A stretch of DNA of 64,000 nucleotides from Clostridium sp. CAG:914. GTDB lineage: Bacteria > Bacillota_I > Bacilli_A > RF39 > UBA660. A program made the translations under genes and the position numbers. Of the stretch, positions 1-8,810 are shown one piece after another (position 1 is the first letter of the stretch; the number at the start of each line of letters is the position of its first letter). Below the pieces are notes generated by a model. It was not told the origin of the DNA, searched no databases, and was given only the letters and a program-made list of their open reading frames with translations. The stretch is taken from NCBI GenBank assembly GCA_000437895.1, contig FR902135.1:25925-89924 (forward strand), given 5' to 3'.

Positions 1-21
1 TAAGAAAAGGAGGCGACTTGA

Positions 22-2061
22 ATGAGTAATAAAAAATATTTGATTATTATAGTTTTTCTATTTTTAATGCTATTACCTTTTAAATGTGTTTTGGGATATG
101 AATTTGGTGGAAGTCCATTTGATCCTCCTTCTGATCCAGGTGGTTCTAATCCTGGTGGAGGAGGTGGTGGCGGCGGTACACCAACTCCTACTAAATGTCC
201 TTTTAGTCCTGGTGATGCTGATGTTTATGATCCAGGTGATGGTTATGTTTACAAATATATAGTTAATTTTTCGATTAAATCGGCAAAAGAGAGCTTTAAA
301 ATTAATATTTCGGCTTATGATCAAGAAAATAATCTTATAACTTCTTCTATGGACAATGGAAATTATAATCATCCAGATATAAATATAACTGCTGGAATGT
401 CAATTGGTATGCAGATTTTTGAAGAAAATTATTATAGACGTAATTTGGGGATGTCAATAGTAGAGGAAAAATGTAAAAAAGTAGAGGTTGTTAAAACTAA
501 GTGTTCTTGTACTTGGTCTTCTGGTTCTTTTGGAGATAATACTACTGTTTCTTCTATTAATGGTAATTATGTAGTAAGTAATTTAAATAATTATTTTAAT
601 AATAATGAAGCTAGTTTGATGCGTTTTGATTGTCCGTTTGAAGTTGAAAAAAAATGTTCTGTTATACCAAAACCGTCAGGTTGTGATTCCTGTACAGAAA
701 AAACAGAGACAACTGTTACATATAAATATGATTCTAAGGGATATGTTTATTTAAATTATTGTTTAAGAAAAACTGGTAAGAGTGGATGTAGAAATAAAAT
801 TGGTGAAGCTTACAATAGTTTTGCCCAGAATAAAGAATTAAAAAATATAGGTAATTCAGCAAAAAGTGTAATAATATTACCAAATTCTAATAGTTCTGGT
901 AATGATTATATTATATATCCTGAAGGTAAGGAAAGTGAAATTATAAATTTTAATAATTATGAACCAATAGGATATGCTATTTCTTATTATGAACAAAGAA
1001 GCGAAGATGATACTAGAACTTGTTTAAATAAAGTTCAAGATTTTATTGATGGATCTGGTAATCCTAATAATCTTACTAATTTCTTTGGTAATAATTCTAC
1101 TGCTTTGGTTTATGAGTGCTTTAAAAAATATGAGTATGCTTCTGATAAAACATGTATAGATAGAAGAAATGGAGAAGTGTATTATGGGAACAAATGTAAC
1201 GATTCTGTTAATGATATTGTGGTTGATAGAGTGACTTATGAAGATGATAATAATAATTTTCATTGGCATTATTTCTTTCCACTAAATTGGCATACTACTG
1301 ATGAATATGGTAATTTTCAAAATATTAATTATAGTGTTGATATTCAAACATTAGGAGATTTTGTTTATTCGGCTAAATTATGTCATGGTGTTATGAATGA
1401 ATATTATTTTCCAGATGATCCAAATAAGCCATCGTATTGGAATATGATAAAACCTGTATCTGGTGAACCATATACACATAATAGAGATATTGATATATAT
1501 GATAATAGGGAGTGTATTGTTAGTTCACAATTTAATTTTTTAGTAGATCAAAAATTTTATAAAGAAAATGATGATAAATTTTTAGGATATAATTTTTATT
1601 ATCGACAAATAGATCCTAGTAATCCTTTTCCTAATGGTAGAGATATATGGGTAAAAAGGAAAAAATACGATAGTGATCCTACGGCGTTTACTGAGGAAGA
1701 AGCTTTAGAAATTGTAGAGAAAACAGATAATAGTATCTGGTATAATAAATGGAAAGATAATAATGATCTTAATTTTGTGGGAAGTTATAATACTATTGGA
1801 TATGCATCACTTAAGAATATTAATGAAATTAGGAAACTTAAAAATAGTTCTGGTACACAATGTTATAGTGATAATGGTACTATATATGGTGATTATCTTG
1901 GATGGTGTAATATGAGAGCAAATGGTATTAGTAATTTTGTTACGGAATATTTTGATTATGTTGGTGCACGTAATTATAGTACTATGAAGAGTAGTTACTT
2001 TTTGGGATGCGGAAGTGCTAATGAAGGTGAATCTTACTGTAAGAGTGGTGGTAGTTCATGA
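22..2061 (+). CDS. Secreted Cys-rich protein of unknown function, first gene of the pilus cluster in this window (candidate adhesin/minor subunit)
   Basis: 679-aa ORF with RBS aaggagg at 7-13. Hydrophobic signal-like N-terminus, then a Pro/Gly linker containing GGGGGGGG, and about 21 Cys. Its stop overlaps the next start (atga at 2058-2061). Confidence 0.6.
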   Translation: MSNKKYLIIIVFLFLMLLPFKCVLGYEFGGSPFDPPSDPGGSNPGGGGGGGGTPTPTKCPFSPGDADVYDPGDGYVYKYIVNFSIKSAKESFKINISAYDQENNLITSSMDNGNYNHPDINITAGMSIGMQIFEENYYRRNLGMSIVEEKCKKVEVVKTKCSCTWSSGSFGDNTTVSSINGNYVVSNLNNYFNNNEASLMRFDCPFEVEKKCSVIPKPSGCDSCTEKTETTVTYKYDSKGYVYLNYCLRKTGKSGCRNKIGEAYNSFAQNKELKNIGNSAKSVIILPNSNSSGNDYIIYPEGKESEIINFNNYEPIGYAISYYEQRSEDDTRTCLNKVQDFIDGSGNPNNLTNFFGNNSTALVYECFKKYEYASDKTCIDRRNGEVYYGNKCNDSVNDIVVDRVTYEDDNNNFHWHYFFPLNWHTTDEYGNFQNINYSVDIQTLGDFVYSAKLCHGVMNEYYFPDDPNKPSYWNMIKPVSGEPYTHNRDIDIYDNRECIVSSQFNFLVDQKFYKENDDKFLGYNFYYRQIDPSNPFPNGRDIWVKRKKYDSDPTAFTEEEALEIVEKTDNSIWYNKWKDNNDLNFVGSYNTIGYASLKNINEIRKLKNSSGTQCYSDNGTIYGDYLGWCNMRANGISNFVTEYFDYVGARNYSTMKSSYFLGCGSANEGESYCKSGGSS

Positions 2062-2474
2062 AATGGTCTTTTAGTGCACTTGGTCTTATAGTTATGGGGT
2101 TATTTGGATTTATGATTTTAATGCTATTTAGTGAAATAACTATTAGTAACGAACAAGATTATTATAGTATAAAAGAAGTTACTGAATCTGCTATGATAGA
2201 GTCTATTGATATTGCATATTATAGACTTACTGGTAAGATTAAAATTTCTAGAGAAAAATTTGTAGAAAACTTTTCTAAAAGATTTGTAAAAAATTCTACT
2301 TATGGTGATGGAAATTATGATATAATATTTTATAGTATAAGGGAGGATCCACCAAAGGTAAGCATTGGGATAATTGATAGTACACAAACTTATAATATTT
2401 ATACAGAGACTTTGGATCCGACAAGAATAGATGTAGTTAATAAAATTACAGCTATATTAGATAGTTATGAATAA
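2058..2474 (+). CDS. Small N-terminally membrane-anchored protein, pseudopilin-like (TadF-like?)
   Basis: 138 aa with a single N-terminal hydrophobic helix (ALGLIVMGLFGFMILMLF). Translationally coupled to the upstream ORF and located in the pilus cluster. Confidence 0.4.
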   Translation: MKWSFSALGLIVMGLFGFMILMLFSEITISNEQDYYSIKEVTESAMIESIDIAYYRLTGKIKISREKFVENFSKRFVKNSTYGDGNYDIIFYSIREDPPKVSIGIIDSTQTYNIYTETLDPTRIDVVNKITAILDSYE

Positions 2475-2502
2475 ATAAAAAGAAAGAAAGGAAGGAAAAA
2501 TA

Positions 2503-3351
2503 ATGAGTAATTTATCTAAATCTGCAAGTAAATTTTTAAAAAATAAAAATACTGTTACTGTATTGGGGGTAATTATATGTTTTATAGTTTTGATTATTGG
2601 TTATAATGTTAGAATTAATCAAAAGACAGAATTAGTTAAAGTATATTATGCTAATCAAACTATACAACCTAAAACAAAAATAACAGATGATATGATTTCT
2701 AGTGCTAATGTGCCAACATCATTTTTAGTAGGTAGTTATTATACTAATTATAACGATATAGTTGGAAAATATAGTAATTATAATACTGTTATTGCTTCTG
2801 GTAGTTTGTTTTATAATGAATTATTAATAGAAGAAGAAAATCTACCTGATTCTGTATTTTATAATGTTCCAGAAGGTGAGGTAGTAGTTAGTTTTCCTGT
2901 TAATACAGTTTCTACTTATGGTAATTCTATAATGCCAAATAATCTTATTAATGTTTATGTAAAAATGATAGATGATAGTGGTAAGATTATATATGGTAGA
3001 TTTATTGATAATATTAATGTACTTGCTGTTAAAGATTCTTCTGGTAAGAATGTATTTGAGTCAACTGAAGAAGAGAGAACTCCTGCATTTATATATTTCT
3101 CTTTGGTTGAACCTAAATATTTATTATTTTCTAGTATGAATTATATTGAAACTAATGATATAGAAGTAATTATAGTTCCTAATACTATTAAATATACTCC
3201 AGAGGATAAAACTGCTGTAGAAGTTACTAGTGATTATATAACTAACTTTATTATTGATAAGATAAAAATGATAGATGATCAAAAAGATTTATATAATGAG
3301 TTATTAAATGAAATGGCTACACAAACTAAAGATAATACAAATAATGAATAA
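2503..3351 (+). CDS. CpaB/RcpC-like Flp pilus assembly protein
   Basis: 282 aa with an N-terminal TM segment. SAF-like segment, then PEGEVVVSFPVNTVSTYGNSIMPNNLINVYV, which resembles the CpaB beta-clip block (P.G.raVsi.V....gG.i.PGd.VdV). Lies immediately upstream of the ATPase. Confidence 0.55.
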   Translation: MSNLSKSASKFLKNKNTVTVLGVIICFIVLIIGYNVRINQKTELVKVYYANQTIQPKTKITDDMISSANVPTSFLVGSYYTNYNDIVGKYSNYNTVIASGSLFYNELLIEEENLPDSVFYNVPEGEVVVSFPVNTVSTYGNSIMPNNLINVYVKMIDDSGKIIYGRFIDNINVLAVKDSSGKNVFESTEEERTPAFIYFSLVEPKYLLFSSMNYIETNDIEVIIVPNTIKYTPEDKTAVEVTSDYITNFIIDKIKMIDDQKDLYNELLNEMATQTKDNTNNE

Positions 3352-3380
3352 ATAAGAATAAAAGAATAGGGTGAATAGTT

Positions 3381-4859
3381 ATGGATATGCAATTTTCTCA
3401 AGTGGATTTTGGTCCTTTAAGACAATTTCTTGATAACGATGATGTTACAGATATTTCTTATAGTAATAATGGACAAGTTTGGGTAAAAACATTGTCTAAA
3501 GGTGTTTTTAGAGTAGAAAATACTGGAATAGATAATACTCTTATGGAAAAGATTGCTTTTCAATGTGCTAATACAATGGGTAAATCCTTTAATATGGCTA
3601 ATCCTTTTTTGGATGCTGAGAGTGCTGAGTTGAGACTTAATTTTGTTCATGATTCTATTGCAAGAAATGGAATTGCTGTTTTGATTCGTAAAACTCCTGC
3701 TAAAATTAGACTTGAAAAGAATAAGATTATTGCTGAGGATTATGTAAGAATTGATGTTCATGACTTTTTACTTAAATGTGTTGAAGGACATTGTAATATA
3801 TTAGTTAGTGGTGAAACTGGTAGTGGTAAAACAGAATTTATTAAGTATTTGGCTGCTCATACTAAAGAAGATGAAAAAATTATTACTATTGAAGATACTT
3901 TGGAATTACACTTAGATAAGATATTTCCTAAGAGGGATATAGTAGCTATGAAAACTAATAATATTGCTTCATATTCTGATGTTTTGGTTACATGTATGAG
4001 ACAGAATCCTAGGTGGATATTATTGTCTGAGGTTAGAAGCGCAGAAGCAGTTATGGCTGTTCGTAATTCTATTTCTTCTGGCCATAATATTTTATCTACA
4101 ATACATGCTGATAAAGCATCTTCTATTCCAAATAGACTATATAGTTTACTTGAAACTAATCAGGATTTAGAACAATTTTTAAGAAGTATTCATAGATATG
4201 TACAATTAGGTGTTCATATTAAAGGGTATTATAGTAAGGAAAGAGGTAGGTTTCATAGGGAGATTGCTGAGGTGTGTGAATTTTATGTTACTGAAGATAA
4301 TGAACCTAAAACTAATTTGATTTATAAGAAGACTCCTGATGGAAGGGTTACTCTTCATAATCCTACGAAGTATTTACTTGGTTATTTAGAAAGTCAAGGA
4401 ATGATTATGCCACCGGATATATTAGTAAAAGAGGAGTTTAAGGAACAAACAGATAGTCCATTAGATGAGACCATATCAACAAAAACTGTTGATAATGTTA
4501 ATGATTTAAAAAAACAAACTTCTTTTGGTCAAATTAATGGTGGATATGTAAATGGTAATCAAGGTTCGTTTGCTAACATTAATAGTATGAATTCTTCTAC
4601 TATAAAAAATGTTAATTCAAGTAATATTAATCCAAATACTATAAGTACTACAAATAATAATGTGAATGCACGTGCTGTTTATCCGCAACAACAATATATT
4701 AATCAGCAAGGAGTGGGTCAATATAACAGAAAATTTGTGCAAAATGGAAATAATATTCCTAATGTAGGACAAGTTCAAGGTACTAATCAACAAATTGTTG
4801 GCCAAAATCCTCAATATATACAGCCTAATGGTTTACCTGTTTGGCCTAATGCTAGTTAA
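3381..4859 (+). CDS. tadA: TadA/CpaF-family secretion ATPase with an Asn/Gln-rich C-terminal tail
   Basis: Walker A VSGETGSGKTEF, Asp box ITIEDTLEL, Walker B-like RWILLSEVRSAEA and His box GHNILSTIHA. The last ~130 aa are N/Q-rich low complexity. Confidence 0.85.
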   Translation: MDMQFSQVDFGPLRQFLDNDDVTDISYSNNGQVWVKTLSKGVFRVENTGIDNTLMEKIAFQCANTMGKSFNMANPFLDAESAELRLNFVHDSIARNGIAVLIRKTPAKIRLEKNKIIAEDYVRIDVHDFLLKCVEGHCNILVSGETGSGKTEFIKYLAAHTKEDEKIITIEDTLELHLDKIFPKRDIVAMKTNNIASYSDVLVTCMRQNPRWILLSEVRSAEAVMAVRNSISSGHNILSTIHADKASSIPNRLYSLLETNQDLEQFLRSIHRYVQLGVHIKGYYSKERGRFHREIAEVCEFYVTEDNEPKTNLIYKKTPDGRVTLHNPTKYLLGYLESQGMIMPPDILVKEEFKEQTDSPLDETISTKTVDNVNDLKKQTSFGQINGGYVNGNQGSFANINSMNSSTIKNVNSSNINPNTISTTNNNVNARAVYPQQQYINQQGVGQYNRKFVQNGNNIPNVGQVQGTNQQIVGQNPQYIQPNGLPVWPNAS

Positions 4860-4874
4860 GAAGGTAGGTGAAAT

Positions 4875-5771
4875 ATGTTAGAATTTATTATTATAGGTGT
4901 AATATTAATATTTATTATGGCTTATAGATCTAGTAATGGTGAAGGTGTTTACAATTTTGCCAAGAAGCAAGCTACAGTTGTATATGATAAATATGCTCCA
5001 TATACTTATAAAGTTATGCGAGAAAAAATTAAAGATTTAGGTCTTGAATTTACACCGAGACAATATGCTATTCAAATAGTTATTTTTGCTAGTCTTGCTG
5101 GGGCTATAGGTTATTTATATTTTTATAATTTAGTAGTTGCAATAATTTATGCTGTTATTGCGGTATCTACAATACCTTATATAACCTATTTAAGATGTAA
5201 GAGACAATATAGTGAATTTATATTTGAACAGGTACAAGTATATACTACGAATACTATTATGGAATTTAATACTACTAAGGCATTTGTTAAATCCTTAGAG
5301 GGTGTTGTGGAATCTGGTGTTTTAGAAGATCCTGTTTTGTCTGATGTAAAAACAATGATATCTTTATCTTATGAAAATGGTGATGTAACTGATTCGATTA
5401 GATATATGGATTCTAAATATCCATATTATATGGTTAAGAATATGCATCAATTATTTTTGCAAGTTACTAAAGAGGGCTCTAAGAATACAGATGAAACTTT
5501 TGAAAATATGTTATCTGATATAGATATTCTTGTAGAAGGGGTGTATAGAGATAGATCTGATAGAAGAAGATTTCATAAACAATTTTTAATATTTGGTGTG
5601 TCTTTATATAGCCTTATTATGTTAATACAATTAATTCTTGGAGTAGATTCTTATGTTGAAATGATAGATGGATTACTTATGAAAATATTAGTTCATGGAG
5701 TTGTATTGATTAATAGTATTTTCCTTTTAAAGGGAGAAAAATATTATAATGAGAATGTGGGGGCTGAATAA
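4875..5771 (+). CDS. tadB: TadB-like (T2SS-F family) pilus platform membrane protein
   Basis: 298 aa with N-terminal TM helices, a central soluble domain and two C-terminal TM helices. Lies directly after the ATPase. Confidence 0.55.
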   Translation: MLEFIIIGVILIFIMAYRSSNGEGVYNFAKKQATVVYDKYAPYTYKVMREKIKDLGLEFTPRQYAIQIVIFASLAGAIGYLYFYNLVVAIIYAVIAVSTIPYITYLRCKRQYSEFIFEQVQVYTTNTIMEFNTTKAFVKSLEGVVESGVLEDPVLSDVKTMISLSYENGDVTDSIRYMDSKYPYYMVKNMHQLFLQVTKEGSKNTDETFENMLSDIDILVEGVYRDRSDRRRFHKQFLIFGVSLYSLIMLIQLILGVDSYVEMIDGLLMKILVHGVVLINSIFLLKGEKYYNENVGAE

Positions 5772-6562
5772 TGTATATAGAGATTTTAATTATTGCAATA
5801 ATTGTTTTTGGATTACTTATTTTAAATACTAGAATTGATACGACTAGACTTTATAAAGAAAATCAGGGATTGTTTGATTTACTTAAAGAAAAAGATTATG
5901 AATTTCTTTTAAGAGCTAAATATGGTGATAATGTTATAGATCCTGATTCTGTTTTTAGAAAAAGAGTTTTTAAAGGATTAGCAGTTTCTTTAGTAATAAT
6001 ATTTATCTTTATTACTAAGTTATCTTTGATATACATTATAATTGCTTTAGTAGTTGGTTATTTGGTATTTAAGTCACAGTATATTGATTTGAAAAAATTT
6101 TATAAGAAACATTTAAATACTATAGATTCATTACTTCCATATTATTTAAAAAGCTTGGAGGTATTAGTGCAACATTATACTGTTCCAGTTGCTTTAGCAA
6201 GATCTATTGATGACGCACCAGAAGTATTTAAACCTGGTTTAAAAGAATTAGTTTCTAAGATAGATGCAGGTGACTCTTCAATTGAACCATATATGGATTT
6301 TGCTAGACAGTATCCGGTGAGAGATTCTATGCGTATGATGAGACTTTTATATAGACTTGGATTGGGAGAACAAGATAAAAAACATGAGCAGATGTTATCT
6401 TTTTCTAAAACAGTTTCAGCATTGCAACTTAAAGCAAGGGAACAAAAATATCAAGATAGGTTAAATCATATGGAAAGGCAAACTATGACGATGCTTGTTT
6501 GTACTGGTGGTTCTGCTTTAATTATCATGTTAATTGCATCATTTAGTATGATGGGGTTATAG
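5771..6562 (+). CDS. tadC: TadC-like (T2SS-F family) pilus platform membrane protein
   Basis: 263 aa with the same TM/soluble/TM layout as the preceding ORF. Its start overlaps the upstream stop (taatg). Confidence 0.55.
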   Translation: MYIEILIIAIIVFGLLILNTRIDTTRLYKENQGLFDLLKEKDYEFLLRAKYGDNVIDPDSVFRKRVFKGLAVSLVIIFIFITKLSLIYIIIALVVGYLVFKSQYIDLKKFYKKHLNTIDSLLPYYLKSLEVLVQHYTVPVALARSIDDAPEVFKPGLKELVSKIDAGDSSIEPYMDFARQYPVRDSMRMMRLLYRLGLGEQDKKHEQMLSFSKTVSALQLKAREQKYQDRLNHMERQTMTMLVCTGGSALIIMLIASFSMMGL

Positions 6563-6583
6563 TGTAAAATTCAATCAAAATAA

Positions 6584-6613
6584 CTAGATATTTACATGTA
6601 TGTGTGTTATAAT
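6584..6613 (+). promoter_or_regulatory. Internal sigma-A-type promoter with extended -10 ahead of the pilin gene
   Basis: tgttataat (TGnTATAAT) at 6605-6613, weak -35 tagata 17 nt upstream, and RBS aggagg at 6627-6632. Confidence 0.45.
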
Positions 6614-6640
6614 TTGTTTAAATGATAGGAGGTGAAGTTA

Positions 6641-6829
6641 ATGAAAGAAGCAACAGGTGAGGTTTCAATGACTGTAGTAACTTTAATAGCTATAGCTGTT
6701 ATAGGTGGAATATTAGCTATTTTCTGGGGACCTATTACAAATAAAATTGGTAGTTTATGGGGTAAAGATGCAACATGCCCATCAGGATATACTATGGTAA
6801 ATGGTACATGTAAGCCAAATGGTAAATAA
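6641..6829 (+). CDS. Short Flp-like prepilin (candidate major pilin), non-canonical N-terminus
   Basis: 62 aa from the ATG at 6641 (the track start 6632 is a GTG inside the RBS). Sequence MKEATG-EVSMTVVTLIAIAVIGGILAIF, with a C-terminal CPSGYTMVNGTC Cys pair. Sits between tadC and the TadE-like genes. Confidence 0.5.
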   Translation: MKEATGEVSMTVVTLIAIAVIGGILAIFWGPITNKIGSLWGKDATCPSGYTMVNGTCKPNGK

Positions 6830-6856
6830 GTATATAGGAAAGTTGGTGTTTTACGT

Positions 6857-7315
6857 ATGAGAGACGCTTTTGGTGGAGTATTTTCTACTCAACTTATTTT
6901 AGTATTTATATTTTTGTATGTTGGGTTTATGGCTATTTCTTTTACTTATGCTAAAGCTTTTAAGTATAAGAATTCAATCATAAATTACATAGAACAGAAT
7001 GAAGGTATAACTTTGAATGAAGATAAAATTGTGGGAGCAGGTTCAGTTGATTTATATCGTGTATTGAATGATTTTACATGTGAAGAGGCAGCTGTATCAA
7101 ATGAGATGGCTTCTAATGTTATTGCTAATTATTCTTGTTCTAGAGGTATTATGATTTCTGAATCAGAGGGTAAGAGTCCTGAATATATTACTTATTCTGT
7201 TTCTGTTCCAGCCAATTGGTCTCTCGGTTTCTTTGATATTTTAAAAAGTGGTACTAATAATGAAAGTGGGACTTGGTTTATTCGAGGAGAAACAAATATT
7301 TTAGTTCATGAGTAA
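6857..7315 (+). CDS. TadE-like pseudopilin, paralog 1
   Basis: 152 aa. N-terminus MRDAFGGVFSTQLILVFIFLYVGFMAISFTYAKAFKYK has the TadE-like layout: short leader, hydrophobic helix, then A.AF. Confidence 0.5.
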   Translation: MRDAFGGVFSTQLILVFIFLYVGFMAISFTYAKAFKYKNSIINYIEQNEGITLNEDKIVGAGSVDLYRVLNDFTCEEAAVSNEMASNVIANYSCSRGIMISESEGKSPEYITYSVSVPANWSLGFFDILKSGTNNESGTWFIRGETNILVHE

Positions 7316-7327
7316 TGAGGTGATAAT

Positions 7328-7816
7328 ATGAGAGATGCTTTTGGTGGAGCTTTTTCAATTCAAATATTTTTAATATTTATTTTAATATATGTTAGTTTTA
7401 TTGCTGTTTCTTTGAATTATGCTAAGGCTTTTAAGGTAAAGAGTGCTATTATAGATTATATTGAAGATAATGAAGGTATATTAAATGCTAATGATACTTT
7501 TGATGCATATTTAGATGAGAAGTTAGAAGCTGTTATTGGACAGTATAATTATCATGTTAGTGGTGTTTGTACTCCTGGTAATATGTATGATACTGATAGT
7601 GGTGAGTTAATTGGTTATTGTCATCCTAGGGGTGTTATTATTACTCTTGGAGATAAGAAAGATATTCAATCTTATTATAAAGTTGATACTTATATGGGAT
7701 GGTCACTACCTACTTTAAATTTACTTTCAGGTTTTGGAGGTAATAATGAGAATGATACTCCTATGGGGATTTGGAAAATAAGTGGTGAAACTAGATTAGT
7801 TGTTAATAGTGAATAA
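7328..7816 (+). CDS. TadE-like pseudopilin, paralog 2 (tandem duplicate)
   Basis: 162 aa. N-terminus MRDAFGGAFSIQIFLIFILIYVSFIAVSLNYAKAFKVK is nearly identical to the preceding ORF, and the two share the C-terminal W.I.GET..V. Confidence 0.5.
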   Translation: MRDAFGGAFSIQIFLIFILIYVSFIAVSLNYAKAFKVKSAIIDYIEDNEGILNANDTFDAYLDEKLEAVIGQYNYHVSGVCTPGNMYDTDSGELIGYCHPRGVIITLGDKKDIQSYYKVDTYMGWSLPTLNLLSGFGGNNENDTPMGIWKISGETRLVVNSE

Positions 7817-7827
7817 GGAGGTTAGTT

Positions 7828-8760
7828 ATGAATGTTATTGTAGCTAATGAAAATAAGAGCTTATTAAGTAGTTTAGATATAGATGTTATTAAATCTATTG
7901 ATGGTGTTTTTTCTGTTGATGAGATTATTAATACATTTGATGGTTTTTTCTTTAATAAGATGTTTCTTGATATAACGGCTATTAAAGATAATACTAATTA
8001 TTCTAATATTCAAAAACTTTCTATTGGGCTTGATATGAGTAAAGTTATTTTGCTATTGACTACACAGCTTTATAATAATAAGGGTTTTATTTCTAAGTTA
8101 ATTAGTTTTGGTATTTATAATTTTGCTAGAGATAAGGATTCTCTTATGTATTTATATATGAATCCTAATAGTTATAAAGATGTGGCTAATTATCAAATAT
8201 TAGATGATAATTTTTCTGATTCTATTGGTAGTTCTGAAAATACTTCTTCACCTAATTTAGTTACAGCTAAAGTTATAGGGTTTAGAAATGTTACTAAGTC
8301 GGCTGGTGCTACGACACTTATTTACTTATTAAAAAGAGAACTATCAAAGAGACATTATTGTGTTGCTCTTGAAGTTAATAAAAATGATTTTGGTTATTTT
8401 CATGAATCTGATATGTTTTCAGTTAATCAATCTAACTTGCAGGGAGCATTAGATAAATTTGGAAATGCGGATATTATATTAGTAGATTTGAATGGGGTTT
8501 CTTTTGATAAGTGTGATGAAATTATTTATTTGATAGAACCTTCAATAATAAAACTTAATAAAATGGTGTCATTAAATAGTGATATATTTACAAAACTTAC
8601 TGATTGTAAGATTGTTTTAAATAAAAGTTTACTTACAGAAGAAGATATTAAGAACTTTGAATTTGAATCTAATTCTTCGGTATATTTTAATATTCCACCT
8701 TTAAATGATAGAATTGATAATGGTGAAATATTAAATGGTTTTTTAGATAAGTTGTTATAA
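7828..8760 (+). CDS. TadZ/CpaE-like protein (receiver-like N-domain plus ParA/MinD-like domain with a degenerate P-loop)
   Basis: 310 aa. VIGFRNVTKSAGATTLIYLL occupies the place of the deviant Walker A KGGxGKTT. Lies in the pilus cluster. Confidence 0.4.
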   Translation: MNVIVANENKSLLSSLDIDVIKSIDGVFSVDEIINTFDGFFFNKMFLDITAIKDNTNYSNIQKLSIGLDMSKVILLLTTQLYNNKGFISKLISFGIYNFARDKDSLMYLYMNPNSYKDVANYQILDDNFSDSIGSSENTSSPNLVTAKVIGFRNVTKSAGATTLIYLLKRELSKRHYCVALEVNKNDFGYFHESDMFSVNQSNLQGALDKFGNADIILVDLNGVSFDKCDEIIYLIEPSIIKLNKMVSLNSDIFTKLTDCKIVLNKSLLTEEDIKNFEFESNSSVYFNIPPLNDRIDNGEILNGFLDKLL

Positions 8761-8810
8761 AAGAATAGAAAGGGCTATTATATGTGGCTCATTTTTCTTT
8801 TGGAGGTAAT

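Noticed and set aside
150-176. Gly-codon run (ggtggaggaggtggtggcggcggt) as a possible slippage or phase-variation tract.
   Set aside because: It is a mixed GGN codon run rather than a homopolymer or perfect short tandem repeat, so it is unlikely to be a contingency locus.
73-4814. Minus-strand track ORFs 73-372, 1024-1269, 2124-2387, 3417-3761 and 4617-4814 inside the pilus genes.
   Set aside because: They lie entirely antisense to longer motif-bearing ORFs and have an Ile/Asn/Phe-rich composition with no RBS. These are typical shadow ORFs of an AT-rich genome.
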